The notes under the pieces are model-generated. The model worked only from the letters and a program-made list of their open reading frames with translations. It did not search any database and had not been told where the DNA came from. Positions 36,229 through 44,593 of a stretch of 64,000 nucleotides of DNA are shown here, piece after piece. The stretch lies in the NCBI GenBank assembly GCA_022969815.1, contig GCA_022969815.1_4535.1; one strand, 5' to 3'. The position numbers and the translations under genes were made by a program. The stretch's first letter is position 1. Every line of letters begins with the position of its first letter. Origin of the DNA: Escherichia coli. Lineage in GTDB: Bacteria > Pseudomonadota > Gammaproteobacteria > Enterobacterales > Enterobacteriaceae.

Positions 36229-36893
36229 TGACCCATTTAAAACCTTTTGGTGGAAAACCTATTGTGGCGTATCAAGTAGATCGTGATGATTGGGAAGGCA
36301 GTGTAGTTGTCTTTGGTAATCATTTCTTTGCTGTGCGTCGTAAAGGCGCAAGTATGTTGGATTGTGAGGAGGAGTATTGTCATGTCTCCCGCGCCAAAGA
36401 ATTCGACCAGTATGCAGAAAAAGGTTTTGTGCCTGTCAAAGCTTTACTGGAGGCAGGATGGTGGATACACTCTGCTCATGATGGTGTTAGACTTGACGAG
36501 TCTGTAGATAATCTTGAGGCAGATTTTGACGAATGGGAAGATGGCATGTATGTTGAGGAGGATCTTGTATTTTCCCTTGACGAGAAAAGTGTGTGGAAGA
36601 ACTGGGAAGAAATGGAACGTCACGCGCATTTTATCAACAACGCTTTGATTCGTAAAGCCTGGTTCACGGAGGCGGTGAAGATAGCGTATCCGCAATTCAC
36701 CTTTACAGAGGTTTGGGGCGGTCCCCACCACATCACCCATACAGCATTTTTCGACTTCCCTGGTTCACGTTACAAAGGTAATGTAATGTGGGACTGGGAT
36801 GAGAATGAAGTACCATCTGTTCAAGACTTTCGTTGTTATGTTTGCCAAGGCGATCAAGAAGCCCTTGACAAATACCTGCAAAGTCTGGTATAG
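36225..36893 (+). CDS. hypothetical protein (222 aa)
   Basis: ORF overlapping upstream stop; last gene before terminator. Confidence 0.5.
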   Translation: MMTHLKPFGGKPIVAYQVDRDDWEGSVVVFGNHFFAVRRKGASMLDCEEEYCHVSRAKEFDQYAEKGFVPVKALLEAGWWIHSAHDGVRLDESVDNLEADFDEWEDGMYVEEDLVFSLDEKSVWKNWEEMERHAHFINNALIRKAWFTEAVKIAYPQFTFTEVWGGPHHITHTAFFDFPGSRYKGNVMWDWDENEVPSVQDFRCYVCQGDQEALDKYLQSLV

Positions 36894-36910
36894 TGCAAGC
36901 AACTGAACAA

Positions 36911-36938
36911 AGCCTCCTTTTCAGGGGGCTTTTCTTTT
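36911..36938 (+). terminator. intrinsic terminator
   Basis: AGCCTCC-ttttca-GGGGGCT hairpin plus TTTCTTTTAT. Confidence 0.65.
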
Positions 36939-36950
36939 ATGGGAGGAAAT

Positions 36951-37445
36951 ATGTTTCAAGTAGAAATTCATGTGCACGACAGTTGTTCAAATTGCGAAAC
37001 TTGTGGTTACAATAGTTCAACCATGATCACTATTAGCGGAGACTTAGGACATGCTAAGTTTGGCGAAGTCGCAAGCTGCTTCGGCGGAGAGGATGCAGAT
37101 TGGCATGATATTGCTTTGTGGCTATGCGGAAGACTGAATGTAAATTGTAAAGACTTCCCTGAACTGTTGAGCCGAAATCTTGTCGATAGTCGGGAACAAG
37201 CCTACAATATTTATGCCGCTTCTGTTTATGTTGATCATAAATGGGTAGAAGATGAAGAAGCTGAACGTTTGCTACGCCTCTACTATGAAGCAGAGGAAGC
37301 TTATGATAACTATTACAGCATGTCCAACATCCTGCGTTTGTTTGCAGAGTTTGATATTTACTTTGAAGTGAGTTATTCTGAAGATGAAGTGTATGATTTT
37401 GATGACGATGATTACGAGGAGGATGAAGAATGCCAAGACGATTAA
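36951..37445 (+). CDS. Cys-cluster protein with strongly acidic C-terminal tail (partner of Sir2-like gene)
   Basis: HDSCSNCETCGY near N-terminus; C-terminal DEVYDFDDDDYEEDEECQDD; GGGAGGAAA SD. Confidence 0.5.
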   Translation: MFQVEIHVHDSCSNCETCGYNSSTMITISGDLGHAKFGEVASCFGGEDADWHDIALWLCGRLNVNCKDFPELLSRNLVDSREQAYNIYAASVYVDHKWVEDEEAERLLRLYYEAEEAYDNYYSMSNILRLFAEFDIYFEVSYSEDEVYDFDDDDYEEDEECQDD

Positions 37446-38233
37446 TAGTGATCAGCGGCGCTGGTCTAAGCGCCGATAGCGGTGTACAAACATTCCGTAC
37501 AGAAACAGAGAGTGGAAAAGCCTTATGGGACGAGTACGATTTAGAGGAGGTTTGTAATATTGGGGCATTCCAGGCAGGTTATCGTAGACGTACATGTCCC
37601 GATTTACCTGTTATCGGAGGTGAGGATGAGGAAGGATACAACCTCTACAACAAGACCCATGATTTCTATAACAAGCGTCGTATAGAGTTGGATAATATAG
37701 ATCCAAACGCTGCACATCGTCTGATTGCTCGTTTATACTCAGAGTATGGCGCTGATCGTATTTTAAACATCACCACTAACGTGGACGATCTTTTGGAACG
37801 TGCTGGTGTTGTTCACGAAGATGTTCTGCATGTGCATGGCTACCTACCAGAAATTGTAGTGGATCGGAAGTTTATTAAAGAAATCGGTTATGCAAGTGTG
37901 GATGTGGATAAGTACGATTACGTGAAACCTAACGTTGTCTTCTTCGGGGAATCTGCTCCGCTGTACACAGAGATGTACCATATGCTCGATAATCTCACAT
38001 CTCAGGATATGGTGATTGTTGTAGGTTGCTCTAATCAAGTGATCAACTTCAACTGGGAGTTGTTCCCAGCCCTCAATACAGGAACAAAGATGGTCGTAGT
38101 TAATCCTGGGGTTAATTACGAAGAAACACTTCTCTATGAAGATCGTGGAGTTTTTGTTTACCGAGAAAAAGCTGCAACAGCCTTCAGTAATGAAGGTTTC
38201 ATTAAAATGATCGAAGACCACTTAAACAAATAA
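37430..38233 (+). CDS. Sir2-family NAD-dependent deacylase / ADP-ribosyltransferase-like protein
   Basis: GAGLSADSGVQTFR (GAGxS..SGI..FR), ITTNVDDL (TQNxD-like), HVHG (catalytic His), VVGCSNQV (G-T/S-S-like) in canonical order. Confidence 0.7.
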   Translation: MPRRLIVISGAGLSADSGVQTFRTETESGKALWDEYDLEEVCNIGAFQAGYRRRTCPDLPVIGGEDEEGYNLYNKTHDFYNKRRIELDNIDPNAAHRLIARLYSEYGADRILNITTNVDDLLERAGVVHEDVLHVHGYLPEIVVDRKFIKEIGYASVDVDKYDYVKPNVVFFGESAPLYTEMYHMLDNLTSQDMVIVVGCSNQVINFNWELFPALNTGTKMVVVNPGVNYEETLLYEDRGVFVYREKAATAFSNEGFIKMIEDHLNK

Positions 38234-38240
38234 ACCAACC

Positions 38241-38266
38241 AAGGGGCTACGGCCCCTTTCTTATTA
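38241..38266 (+). terminator. intrinsic terminator
   Basis: AAGGGGC-tacg-GCCCCTT hairpin plus TCTTATT. Confidence 0.7.
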
Positions 38267-38276
38267 GGAGATTACT

Positions 38277-38549
38277 ATGCAACAAGAAACTTTCGATTTT
38301 TATCTCGCCAATTATGTCTACTACTTCTCTAATGGTACACAGAAAGGGGAAGGCAACCTTTATCTGGCTACCAACACTGGAGCAGGTGTTCGTAAAGCCA
38401 ATATTGATTTAGCAAGAGAAACAGTTCGTTCTGGACTGGAAGAGACGCTTGAAACTCCGGTTGTTGTGGTTATACAAACTATCAGTTACCTTGCAACCTG
38501 TACTAAAGAGGATTTTGAGGCTCCTCAAACACAATCTAACGAAGCATAA
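38277..38549 (+). CDS. hypothetical protein (90 aa), last plus-strand gene
   Basis: ORF with AGGAGA SD. Confidence 0.5.
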   Translation: MQQETFDFYLANYVYYFSNGTQKGEGNLYLATNTGAGVRKANIDLARETVRSGLEETLETPVVVVIQTISYLATCTKEDFEAPQTQSNEA

Positions 38550-38552
38550 AAG

Positions 38553-38585
38553 AAAGGCACCCAAGTGGGTGCCTTTTCTATTTTA
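38553..38585. terminator. bidirectional intrinsic terminator at convergence of plus and minus blocks
   Basis: AAAGGCACCC-aagt-GGGTGCCTTTT: A-run upstream and T-run downstream of the hairpin. Confidence 0.65.
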
Positions 38586-38618
38586 GAGCGTCTCTGTGTG
38601 ATTTAAGGGGGTTCTCGG

Positions 38619-38849
38619 CTATTTGTGAAGTGCTCTCTCGTACAACTCAATAATCAACTCGTCTTCGGCAGTAATACGGGCCATTTGATCTGTCTTCAGG
38701 ATTGCTGGTTGGTAATGATGCATTTCACTGCTCAAGATACACTCCCACTCATCTTCCCCTACTCTCTCACCTACGTGAATCTTCACAGGATACCAGAAAG
38801 GATTGTCCACCAGGAATGCCATACAACCTTCTTCGATTTTGCTCAACAT
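38619..38849 (-). CDS. hypothetical protein (76 aa)
   Basis: ORF with AAAGGAGA SD; last gene of minus block. Confidence 0.5.
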   Translation of the reverse strand: MLSKIEEGCMAFLVDNPFWYPVKIHVGERVGEDEWECILSSEMHHYQPAILKTDQMARITAEDELIIELYERALHK

Positions 38850-38871
38850 AGTAATCTCCTTTGTTCAGATA

Positions 38872-38895
38872 TGAAAAAACCCGCCGAAGCGGGTT
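38872..38895 (-). terminator. intrinsic terminator (minus strand)
   Basis: ACCCGC-cgaa-GCGGGT hairpin with A6 on plus strand (U-run on minus transcript). Confidence 0.6.
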
Positions 38896-38939
38896 CATGT
38901 GCTGCGGTAGGATCAGTATCCTACAACAAGAATTGTTTG

Positions 38940-39224
38940 TCAACGTTTAGAGTAGAAAAACTCCTCGTATTCTGATCGTGTGACTATTGCTGGGCGACCT
39001 TTAGTGCCGAAGAAGTTTGCGCTTGGGCCTTGTGCCATACCTTTATTGAACAAGCAGTAATCCCCACGCATATAAATCCCAGAGAATGTTTCAACAACAT
39101 CGTATTTGCCAACGCTGGAGAACTTAATTTCTCCATCTGCATCTCGAACTGCGATCACAGCTTGTTCAGGCCATTCTTCGTTGAGAGCTTTAAGACCGTT
39201 GTAAACTTCTTGTACGAGTTCCAT
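38940..39224 (-). CDS. hypothetical protein (94 aa)
   Basis: ORF with AAGGAGG SD. Confidence 0.5.
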   Translation of the reverse strand: MELVQEVYNGLKALNEEWPEQAVIAVRDADGEIKFSSVGKYDVVETFSGIYMRGDYCLFNKGMAQGPSANFFGTKGRPAIVTRSEYEEFFYSKR

Positions 39225-39233
39225 ATTACCTCC

Positions 39234-39407
39234 TTAAAGTACGATTTTTTCTTCGTCTGGTTTGTCATAATTTGGAGAGTAGACATGTGAAGGGTTGAAA
39301 CCCTTGAAGCTACCACGTCCTTTACGAGGACAGTTGAAAGTACGAGCCTGATGATCACCGAAAGACTTACCACAATGCACACATTTGAAGTTGGTAACTT
39401 TATTCAT
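39234..39407 (-). CDS. small zinc-ribbon-like protein; start moved to internal ATG with AAGGAGA SD
   Basis: CVHCGKSF ... FNCPRKGRG; ORF track start 39437 is a GTG inside a hairpin. Confidence 0.45.
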   Translation of the reverse strand: MNKVTNFKCVHCGKSFGDHQARTFNCPRKGRGSFKGFNPSHVYSPNYDKPDEEKIVL

Positions 39408-39462
39408 GTTCTTCTCCTTTAGGTTAATAGGCTGCACCTATTAAGATGCAGCTTTTGATAGA

Positions 39463-39564
39463 TTATTTAGATGAGTCCAGAATATCTTTTACTTTGGCGA
39501 TGATAACATCTTGATACTTATGGATGTGATATCCTACTACTAAACCTACGATAAATGCAATCAT
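39463..39564 (-). CDS. possible very small membrane protein (33 aa), not in ORF track
   Basis: ATG with GGAGAAAA SD; hydrophobic MIAFIVGLVVGY. Confidence 0.3.
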   Translation of the reverse strand: MIAFIVGLVVGYHIHKYQDVIIAKVKDILDSSK

Positions 39565-39580
39565 TATTTTCTCCTATTAT

Positions 39581-40162
39581 TTAAAATGAAGCTTGCACTG
39601 GCATATCGAACCAGTAGAAAGATTGCGCCTGTTGCGGCGTAACTTTGCTATTGGTTGCTACAGCCAACACTCCAACATTGATACCTATCTGATCGTCGTC
39701 GATCTTATAATCTGAAGACCAGAGCTTAAGAGTCAACGGTGTTTTTCCAACGAGAAGATCAAGTCCTGCGTTTCCCCAGAGATTCACTTCAATCGCCTCG
39801 TCTTGAGATACATCTTGCTCTACTTCCTGTAGTTTGTCAAACACTTTCTGCACATCTTTTGGGTTAAGACGGATACTGTGCAGATAGTCAAACATGTTCA
39901 CAAAATCTTGTGCTCGTTTTGTGTTTTTAGATACAGGATGAAGACAGTGTGGCACTAACGGCGACACACGAATATACCCGCCCTCATCATACCAACGCAC
40001 AATAAACACGTCTCGACTTGGCTGACGGTCTTTCGCTAAGATCGTAACTTCTTGACCCTCTTCAATGGATGGGTAGTCTGGATCATACGCTGATGCACCA
40101 TAGACCAAAGCTATGTGTCCAACATCCAAAGGTGTTTTTCCGTCCCAATAAGTTGTTTCCAT
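39581..40162 (-). CDS. hypothetical protein (193 aa)
   Basis: ORF with AGGAGGG SD. Confidence 0.55.
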   Translation of the reverse strand: METTYWDGKTPLDVGHIALVYGASAYDPDYPSIEEGQEVTILAKDRQPSRDVFIVRWYDEGGYIRVSPLVPHCLHPVSKNTKRAQDFVNMFDYLHSIRLNPKDVQKVFDKLQEVEQDVSQDEAIEVNLWGNAGLDLLVGKTPLTLKLWSSDYKIDDDQIGINVGVLAVATNSKVTPQQAQSFYWFDMPVQASF

Positions 40163-40170
40163 TTTCCCTC

Positions 40171-40434
40171 CTAAATAAGATCTGTGAAGTAGTGAATAAC
40201 TTCAATATTATGGAAAAGCGTTTTACGCTCTTTTGTGTATTCTGTTGTCGTGACAGTCACCTTAGCCACCCCAAAATCTTTCATAGGGAACGTGGGTGCC
40301 TCTTTCAGAATATTCTGTACTGTTTGAATGGCTTCAAATTCTGTCTCCCAATAACTGAAGTAACCTTCGTCGTCCGTGACGAGATTCCTGCCTTCCAAGT
40401 TCACGAAACAATAAAACTCTCGCGGTGTTGTCAT
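40171..40434 (-). CDS. hypothetical protein (87 aa)
   Basis: ORF; ATGA overlap with upstream small ORF. Confidence 0.5.
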   Translation of the reverse strand: MTTPREFYCFVNLEGRNLVTDDEGYFSYWETEFEAIQTVQNILKEAPTFPMKDFGVAKVTVTTTEYTKERKTLFHNIEVIHYFTDLI

Positions 40435-40589
40435 TCCACCTTCTCCAGAGCTTTCTTGAAGAATGTGGCATGTAATAGATGACCCTCTGCATCAAACCAT
40501 GTCACTTTACAGGAGTCCCCGTAGTCCTCTGTGACGGTCATGATAACGGCTTCCCCACGTAAGGTTACAACATCACCTACTGTAATCAT
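40431..40589 (-). CDS. possible small protein (52 aa), not in ORF track
   Basis: start and stop both overlap neighbours by 4 nt (ATGA coupling); GGAGG SD upstream. Confidence 0.4.
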   Translation of the reverse strand: MITVGDVVTLRGEAVIMTVTEDYGDSCKVTWFDAEGHLLHATFFKKALEKVE

Positions 40590-41032
40590 AAATCCTCCGG
40601 TGTGCCAGCACGTAAAGCAGCTAAAGGTTCAGCCACAGCTTCCAGGGCAGCTTCAATCTGATCTTCAATCACATCACGAACCATTGCAATACGCTCATCG
40701 ATATGCACAACGAAAGCATCGTTATAAGCACCAACTAACGTATTGTAAAATGTTTCTTGTGCGCTTAACGCGCCACTAAGAATGAAATTACGTTGATCTT
40801 CAGGTAGTTGTTGGTGCTCTTCATATTTGGCAAACGTTTCACGGTTGATTTCCAACAGAGTCCCCATCATAAGGTCAAACTGCAACTCTTTGTCTGAGGG
40901 ATTTCCCATTACAATGGTATTGTAAATGTTCAGCAAGCTGGTGCTAACACGAGCATTGTTTTCTACACCTTCCATCTGACGGAAAATAGTTAACACATCA
41001 ATAGTTTCTTCAATCTTTTCGTTTTGGTTCAT
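40586..41032 (-). CDS. hypothetical protein (148 aa)
   Basis: ORF with GAGGAGA SD. Confidence 0.55.
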   Translation of the reverse strand: MNQNEKIEETIDVLTIFRQMEGVENNARVSTSLLNIYNTIVMGNPSDKELQFDLMMGTLLEINRETFAKYEEHQQLPEDQRNFILSGALSAQETFYNTLVGAYNDAFVVHIDERIAMVRDVIEDQIEAALEAVAEPLAALRAGTPEDL

Positions 41033-41210
41033 ATACGTTCTCCTCTATCATTGGAAGATATCCTGTAGTTTTACAGGGATTGCACTCATAAAGCTGGCCT
41101 ACATCAACCATAACGTAGCCTAAACCTCCACAATATGGACACTCCATAGGGGTACAAGGCACAGGTGTTGTTGTGGTTACATCTGCAACACAGGCAATTC
41201 TCATTCCCAT
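41010..41210 (-). CDS. small zinc-ribbon-like protein
   Basis: CPYCGG ... CNPCKTTG. Confidence 0.45.
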   Translation of the reverse strand: MGMRIACVADVTTTTPVPCTPMECPYCGGLGYVMVDVGQLYECNPCKTTGYLPMIEENVYEPKRKD

Positions 41211-41452
41211 TCTCCTATAAGCTGGGGATTCAAGGCGAATTGTGACATACGTTCAGTGGGAGAGTATAAGTACGGAGGTGTAATTTGCTCCAACACCTTA
41301 GCTGCACGTACCTCATCTTCCACTCCAATATGAAGCCCACGCTCCATAGTTAATACACCATGATCGTTAAGAAGGAATAGAGATTCTACCCCATCCACCT
41401 TATCAATTGCAACATAAAGTTTAGTCATATTGTCTCCGTTACCATTCGGCAA
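41201..41452 (-). CDS. hypothetical protein; paralog of next gene (shared C-terminal PQLIGEW)
   Basis: C-terminal FALNPQLIGEWE versus FAVKPQLIAEW in 41439..41654. Confidence 0.5.
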   Translation of the reverse strand: MPNGNGDNMTKLYVAIDKVDGVESLFLLNDHGVLTMERGLHIGVEDEVRAAKVLEQITPPYLYSPTERMSQFALNPQLIGEWE

Positions 41453-41654
41453 TCAGTTGAGGTTTGACAGCAAAAGCTTGAAAGGTAGTAATATCGTAAA
41501 GAAAAACATTATCCAATTCCTTAAGTTTAGCCGTCATGCCAGCTTTAGTTTCTCCGTCCCACGGGAAGATAGCAACACCATGTTCCCCGACCAACCACCA
41601 GTGATAATTGCCGTCACGAAGATCTTTTGCTTTATAAAGATAATTAGTAATCAT
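41439..41654 (-). CDS. hypothetical protein; start at internal ATG with GGGAG SD (ORF track extends to 41744 TTG)
   Basis: paralog of 41201..41452. Confidence 0.45.
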   Translation of the reverse strand: MITNYLYKAKDLRDGNYHWWLVGEHGVAIFPWDGETKAGMTAKLKELDNVFLYDITTFQAFAVKPQLIAEW

Positions 41655-41817
41655 TGCCACGTTTCTCCCATCTTTGCATCGCCTGTAACCAGCCCTCGGC
41701 TCTTTCCCTGGTTTCGAAGTAGACAGGAATACCCGTCCCTGCAAATGTGACCCACCAAGTGAAGATCCACCAACCTGTTTTTATGCGATATCCTGTTTCA
41801 TATTCGACCACTTTCAT
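41644..41817 (-). CDS. possible small Trp-rich membrane protein (57 aa), not in ORF track
   Basis: ATG with AAGGTGA SD; GWWIFTWWVTFAGTGIPV hydrophobic core; conflicts with 5' extension of 41439..41744. Confidence 0.35.
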   Translation of the reverse strand: MKVVEYETGYRIKTGWWIFTWWVTFAGTGIPVYFETRERAEGWLQAMQRWEKRGNDY

Positions 41818-42006
41818 GAGTCACCTTTAAAATCGTCTCACTATATCATTTACTATGTATGTCTGTCAAGTTTTTCTTGGGGAAGAAGAGATCACAACAA
41901 TGAATGCAGAAAAGTTCCACCAAAGCCTCCTCCTGTACGACAAACACGGCTCATCTTATTATTTTACATTAAAACCTGGATAACAGCCATCAGACAAATC
42001 TTAGTA

Positions 42007-42171
42007 TCATCTTATGGCTACAAGGTAGAAACATAGAACACACCCAACCACACTTACTAAGAAACTGACATAAACAACAAGCTTGTTATCGTCCACAATA
42101 ACCACAGCTAATGCGGCAGATGTTATCACGAAAAGAACCATCAACAGAATATCCCTGTTTACTACATCCAT
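42007..42171 (-). CDS. possible small membrane protein (54 aa), not in ORF track
   Basis: ATG with GAGGAGGTG SD; two hydrophobic stretches. Confidence 0.35.
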   Translation of the reverse strand: MDVVNRDILLMVLFVITSAALAVVIVDDNKLVVYVSFLVSVVGCVLCFYLVAIR

Positions 42172-42457
42172 AGACACCTCCTCTTGTTAGTTACAGAAAG
42201 TATAATACCGGAACGTTACGATTACAACTACGAAGAACGGGTGATTTTGATTGATAGGTAGGACTTATCTGAAAGGAATAATTGATAGGGAACTCTGTAT
42301 TGACTTTTGCGAAAAAACATGCTACCCTAAACATATGTTTACGAGCGATAGCGAGTAGTGATTTGTATAGTATTATTGCATGTTACTCACGATAGGGAGT
42401 AAGCAATGTTAGTGAGGTAGACAGACTATGATCAACCATCTACCTACTAACTATCTA

Positions 42458-42661
42458 TTACTCAGAGAAGGTACATTCGAATACAGTCCAGACTAATATT
42501 ACAGTCCAAGATGCTAACAGTATTCTGAAGATAGTCCACCAACTAAACACATCTACCGTAATCCAGTGTCCAGCTACCAGTGATCCTGCTAACCAACCTC
42601 CTACAACACTAATAATCCAAATAATAAAAGCTATTACTGAATACGTAGCAAATTTCATCAT
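42458..42661 (-). CDS. small membrane protein (67 aa)
   Basis: hydrophobic throughout; AGGAGGTG SD. Confidence 0.45.
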   Translation of the reverse strand: MMKFATYSVIAFIIWIISVVGGWLAGSLVAGHWITVDVFSWWTIFRILLASWTVILVWTVFECTFSE

Positions 42662-42939
42662 ACACCTCCTCTGTAAAGTTTGTCTTCCCGTTTAACTTCA
42701 ATATTACCATCCTTGTCTACAAGAATCAACACTGAACATGAGTAATATCCTTCTGCAACAGTCTCGATCTGTTCTTCCAGATCCTTCGTCAATTCTTCTC
42801 CCATAAGATAGAAGGCAAACTTCGTGCAATGTAATAACTCTTCCTTGAAGTTAACCATCTTGTAGATGTTCATCCCAGTCTTATGTTCATCTACTGTCCA
42901 ACCGCTTGATCGAAGTCTGACTGCTGCATTATGTCTCAT
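42658..42939 (-). CDS. hypothetical protein (93 aa)
   Basis: ORF; stop overlaps next start. Confidence 0.5.
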   Translation of the reverse strand: MRHNAAVRLRSSGWTVDEHKTGMNIYKMVNFKEELLHCTKFAFYLMGEELTKDLEEQIETVAEGYYSCSVLILVDKDGNIEVKREDKLYRGGV

Positions 42940-43075
42940 CGTCCGTTACCATTCAATTGATCACGTAGCTTTTCTGCATCTCGTTTCTGTGGGAACGTGG
43001 CAACAGAGACATTGAACTCATTAACAACAGAAAAGGACTTGTCCAGGTTTTCACGGATAGTAAAAGGTTTCTTGC

Positions 43076-43429
43076 TCATAGTCTTCCTCCATCTTTAAGA
43101 CGACTCTTAACCCAGTGCAGACGATCTGGATCTGTGTGTTGTGAAGCATTTTCCGAATCAAGTAAGTAAGCCTTTCTTCCGAACGGGTAGGTTTCACATA
43201 AACCTGCTTCAATAAACTGATTATACATCTCTTTCATAGTGTTTTCGATTAAATACCAGTTACCTTCTGGAAGGTCTAAATCATACAACCAATACTCAAG
43301 ATTACCACACAACCCTACAGAAGAGCTAAACACGTCTTCCATAACAAGGCCCGTCTCGTCTCCATTTTCAGCCCAAGATAACCAAGCCTGATAAAAATCT
43401 AAAAGTAATTTACTTGATGCAATCTTCAT
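43076..43429 (-). CDS. member of 10-copy paralogous small-protein family (function unknown)
   Basis: FYQAWLSWAENG ... GLCGNL ... YPF ... HTDPDRLHWVKSRL; start at ATG with AGGAGAG SD. Confidence 0.55.
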   Translation of the reverse strand: MKIASSKLLLDFYQAWLSWAENGDETGLVMEDVFSSSVGLCGNLEYWLYDLDLPEGNWYLIENTMKEMYNQFIEAGLCETYPFGRKAYLLDSENASQHTDPDRLHWVKSRLKDGGRL

Positions 43430-43431
43430 GC

Positions 43432-43617
43432 TCACTCTCCTACACTTTCTGGTGTGCCATCCCAAGCACCTAAGACTTCTTTCAGGTGTGCACGGGGTTC
43501 TTTAAAATACTCTTCCATTTTATCCAGAAGATCGTCTGTGTTTGGGCTGTATCCCAACATCCCACGTAAAACTCTTTCTTCTTGCAAGACCAACCATCTA
43601 TGATAGCTTCGAATCAT
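43432..43617 (-). CDS. hypothetical protein (61 aa); start at internal ATG with GGAGG SD
   Basis: ORF track 43432..43749 would overlap upstream gene by about 150 nt. Confidence 0.4.
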   Translation of the reverse strand: MIRSYHRWLVLQEERVLRGMLGYSPNTDDLLDKMEEYFKEPRAHLKEVLGAWDGTPESVGE

Positions 43618-44071
43618 AATATTCCTCCAGGAGTTTCTCAATTCTCTGAACGGTCTTAGTATCCCAATAAACCTTCTTAAAGTCAAGTGTTCCGTGTGCA
43701 TTTCTTTTTGTTTCGAAGTAATAACCACCTTCGCGCTCCAAGCGATCACGGATCACTTCTATAAGATGATTTTTAGAGTTTTTTGTCAAGCAATAGTCAT
43801 ACTCTCCTTTTAAGAGATCTATAGAAGGTTGACGGTTATCTCCGACCTGGGAAATCTTCCAGCTAACCAGCGATCCTTGGATACCAACATCTGTCTGCTT
43901 CACAGAGAAGCCTTTTGAACCCCAGCCTCCCAATGTGACCATTGTTAGTGGTTCTCCTGTTAGAGAGCGGCTAAGGGTGTCATTACGTGGTCCACCTAAA
44001 GTGGAAAACCATTTGAAAATCTTCTTAAACATTTTATGCTCCTCTCGTTCAACATGCACAAACAATAACAC
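43598..44071 (-). CDS. hypothetical protein (157 aa)
   Basis: ORF with GAGAGGAG SD. Confidence 0.5.
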   Translation of the reverse strand: MLLFVHVEREEHKMFKKIFKWFSTLGGPRNDTLSRSLTGEPLTMVTLGGWGSKGFSVKQTDVGIQGSLVSWKISQVGDNRQPSIDLLKGEYDYCLTKNSKNHLIEVIRDRLEREGGYYFETKRNAHGTLDFKKVYWDTKTVQRIEKLLEEYYDSKLS

Positions 44072-44093
44072 CCTCCGAAGAGGGTGTCAATGA

Positions 44094-44321
44094 TTATTCG
44101 ATCACAAAAAACGTAGCATTCAAACGTCTGAATGTCGCAGGGCTATATCCGTGATCACACTCTTCAATGAACTGATCTGTAGTCTGATCGTAACTATAAT
44201 ACTGATCATTTTGGAAATGGAAGGACGCACAGAACAAATCATCTCCTACAGTCCACACTGCCACAAAGTTCTTACCGAACGGATAACCTTCAACTGCTTT
44301 CATTTTCCCTCCTCTTACCAA
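44094..44321 (-). CDS. hypothetical protein (75 aa)
   Basis: ORF with GAGGAGGG SD. Confidence 0.5.
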   Translation of the reverse strand: MVRGGKMKAVEGYPFGKNFVAVWTVGDDLFCASFHFQNDQYYSYDQTTDQFIEECDHGYSPATFRRLNATFFVIE

Positions 44322-44584
44322 GAAACATACATAGAGTAAACAAGATCATTACAGTCTGTCGAGAACGTAGCACTGCAACCTTGAGATCTTAATTTGTCAC
44401 AAATCCCGCGTACAATCGAAGCTTGTAGTTCTTTACCTTGCGGTAGACCTAAAGCTTTCACTGGGTGTTGAATCTGTATGTTGTAGTAACCCTCTTCGGC
44501 TGCTGTTGTGATTAAGGTTTTTGCTCGTTGGATATACTCAAAGTTCACAGAGTCTGCCAAAGCGTGTAAAGAATATGCGTCCAT
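44315..44584 (-). CDS. hypothetical protein (89 aa)
   Basis: ORF with GAGGAGG SD. Confidence 0.5.
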   Translation of the reverse strand: MDAYSLHALADSVNFEYIQRAKTLITTAAEEGYYNIQIQHPVKALGLPQGKELQASIVRGICDKLRSQGCSATFSTDCNDLVYSMYVSW

Positions 44585-44593
44585 GTTACCTCC

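Noticed and set aside
39431-39452. Hairpin GCTGCA...TGCAGC followed by TTTTGAT, read as a plus-strand terminator
   Set aside because: There is no plus-strand gene upstream; it overlaps the GTG start given in the ORF track for 39234..39437, so it more likely reflects that the true start is the internal ATG at 39407.
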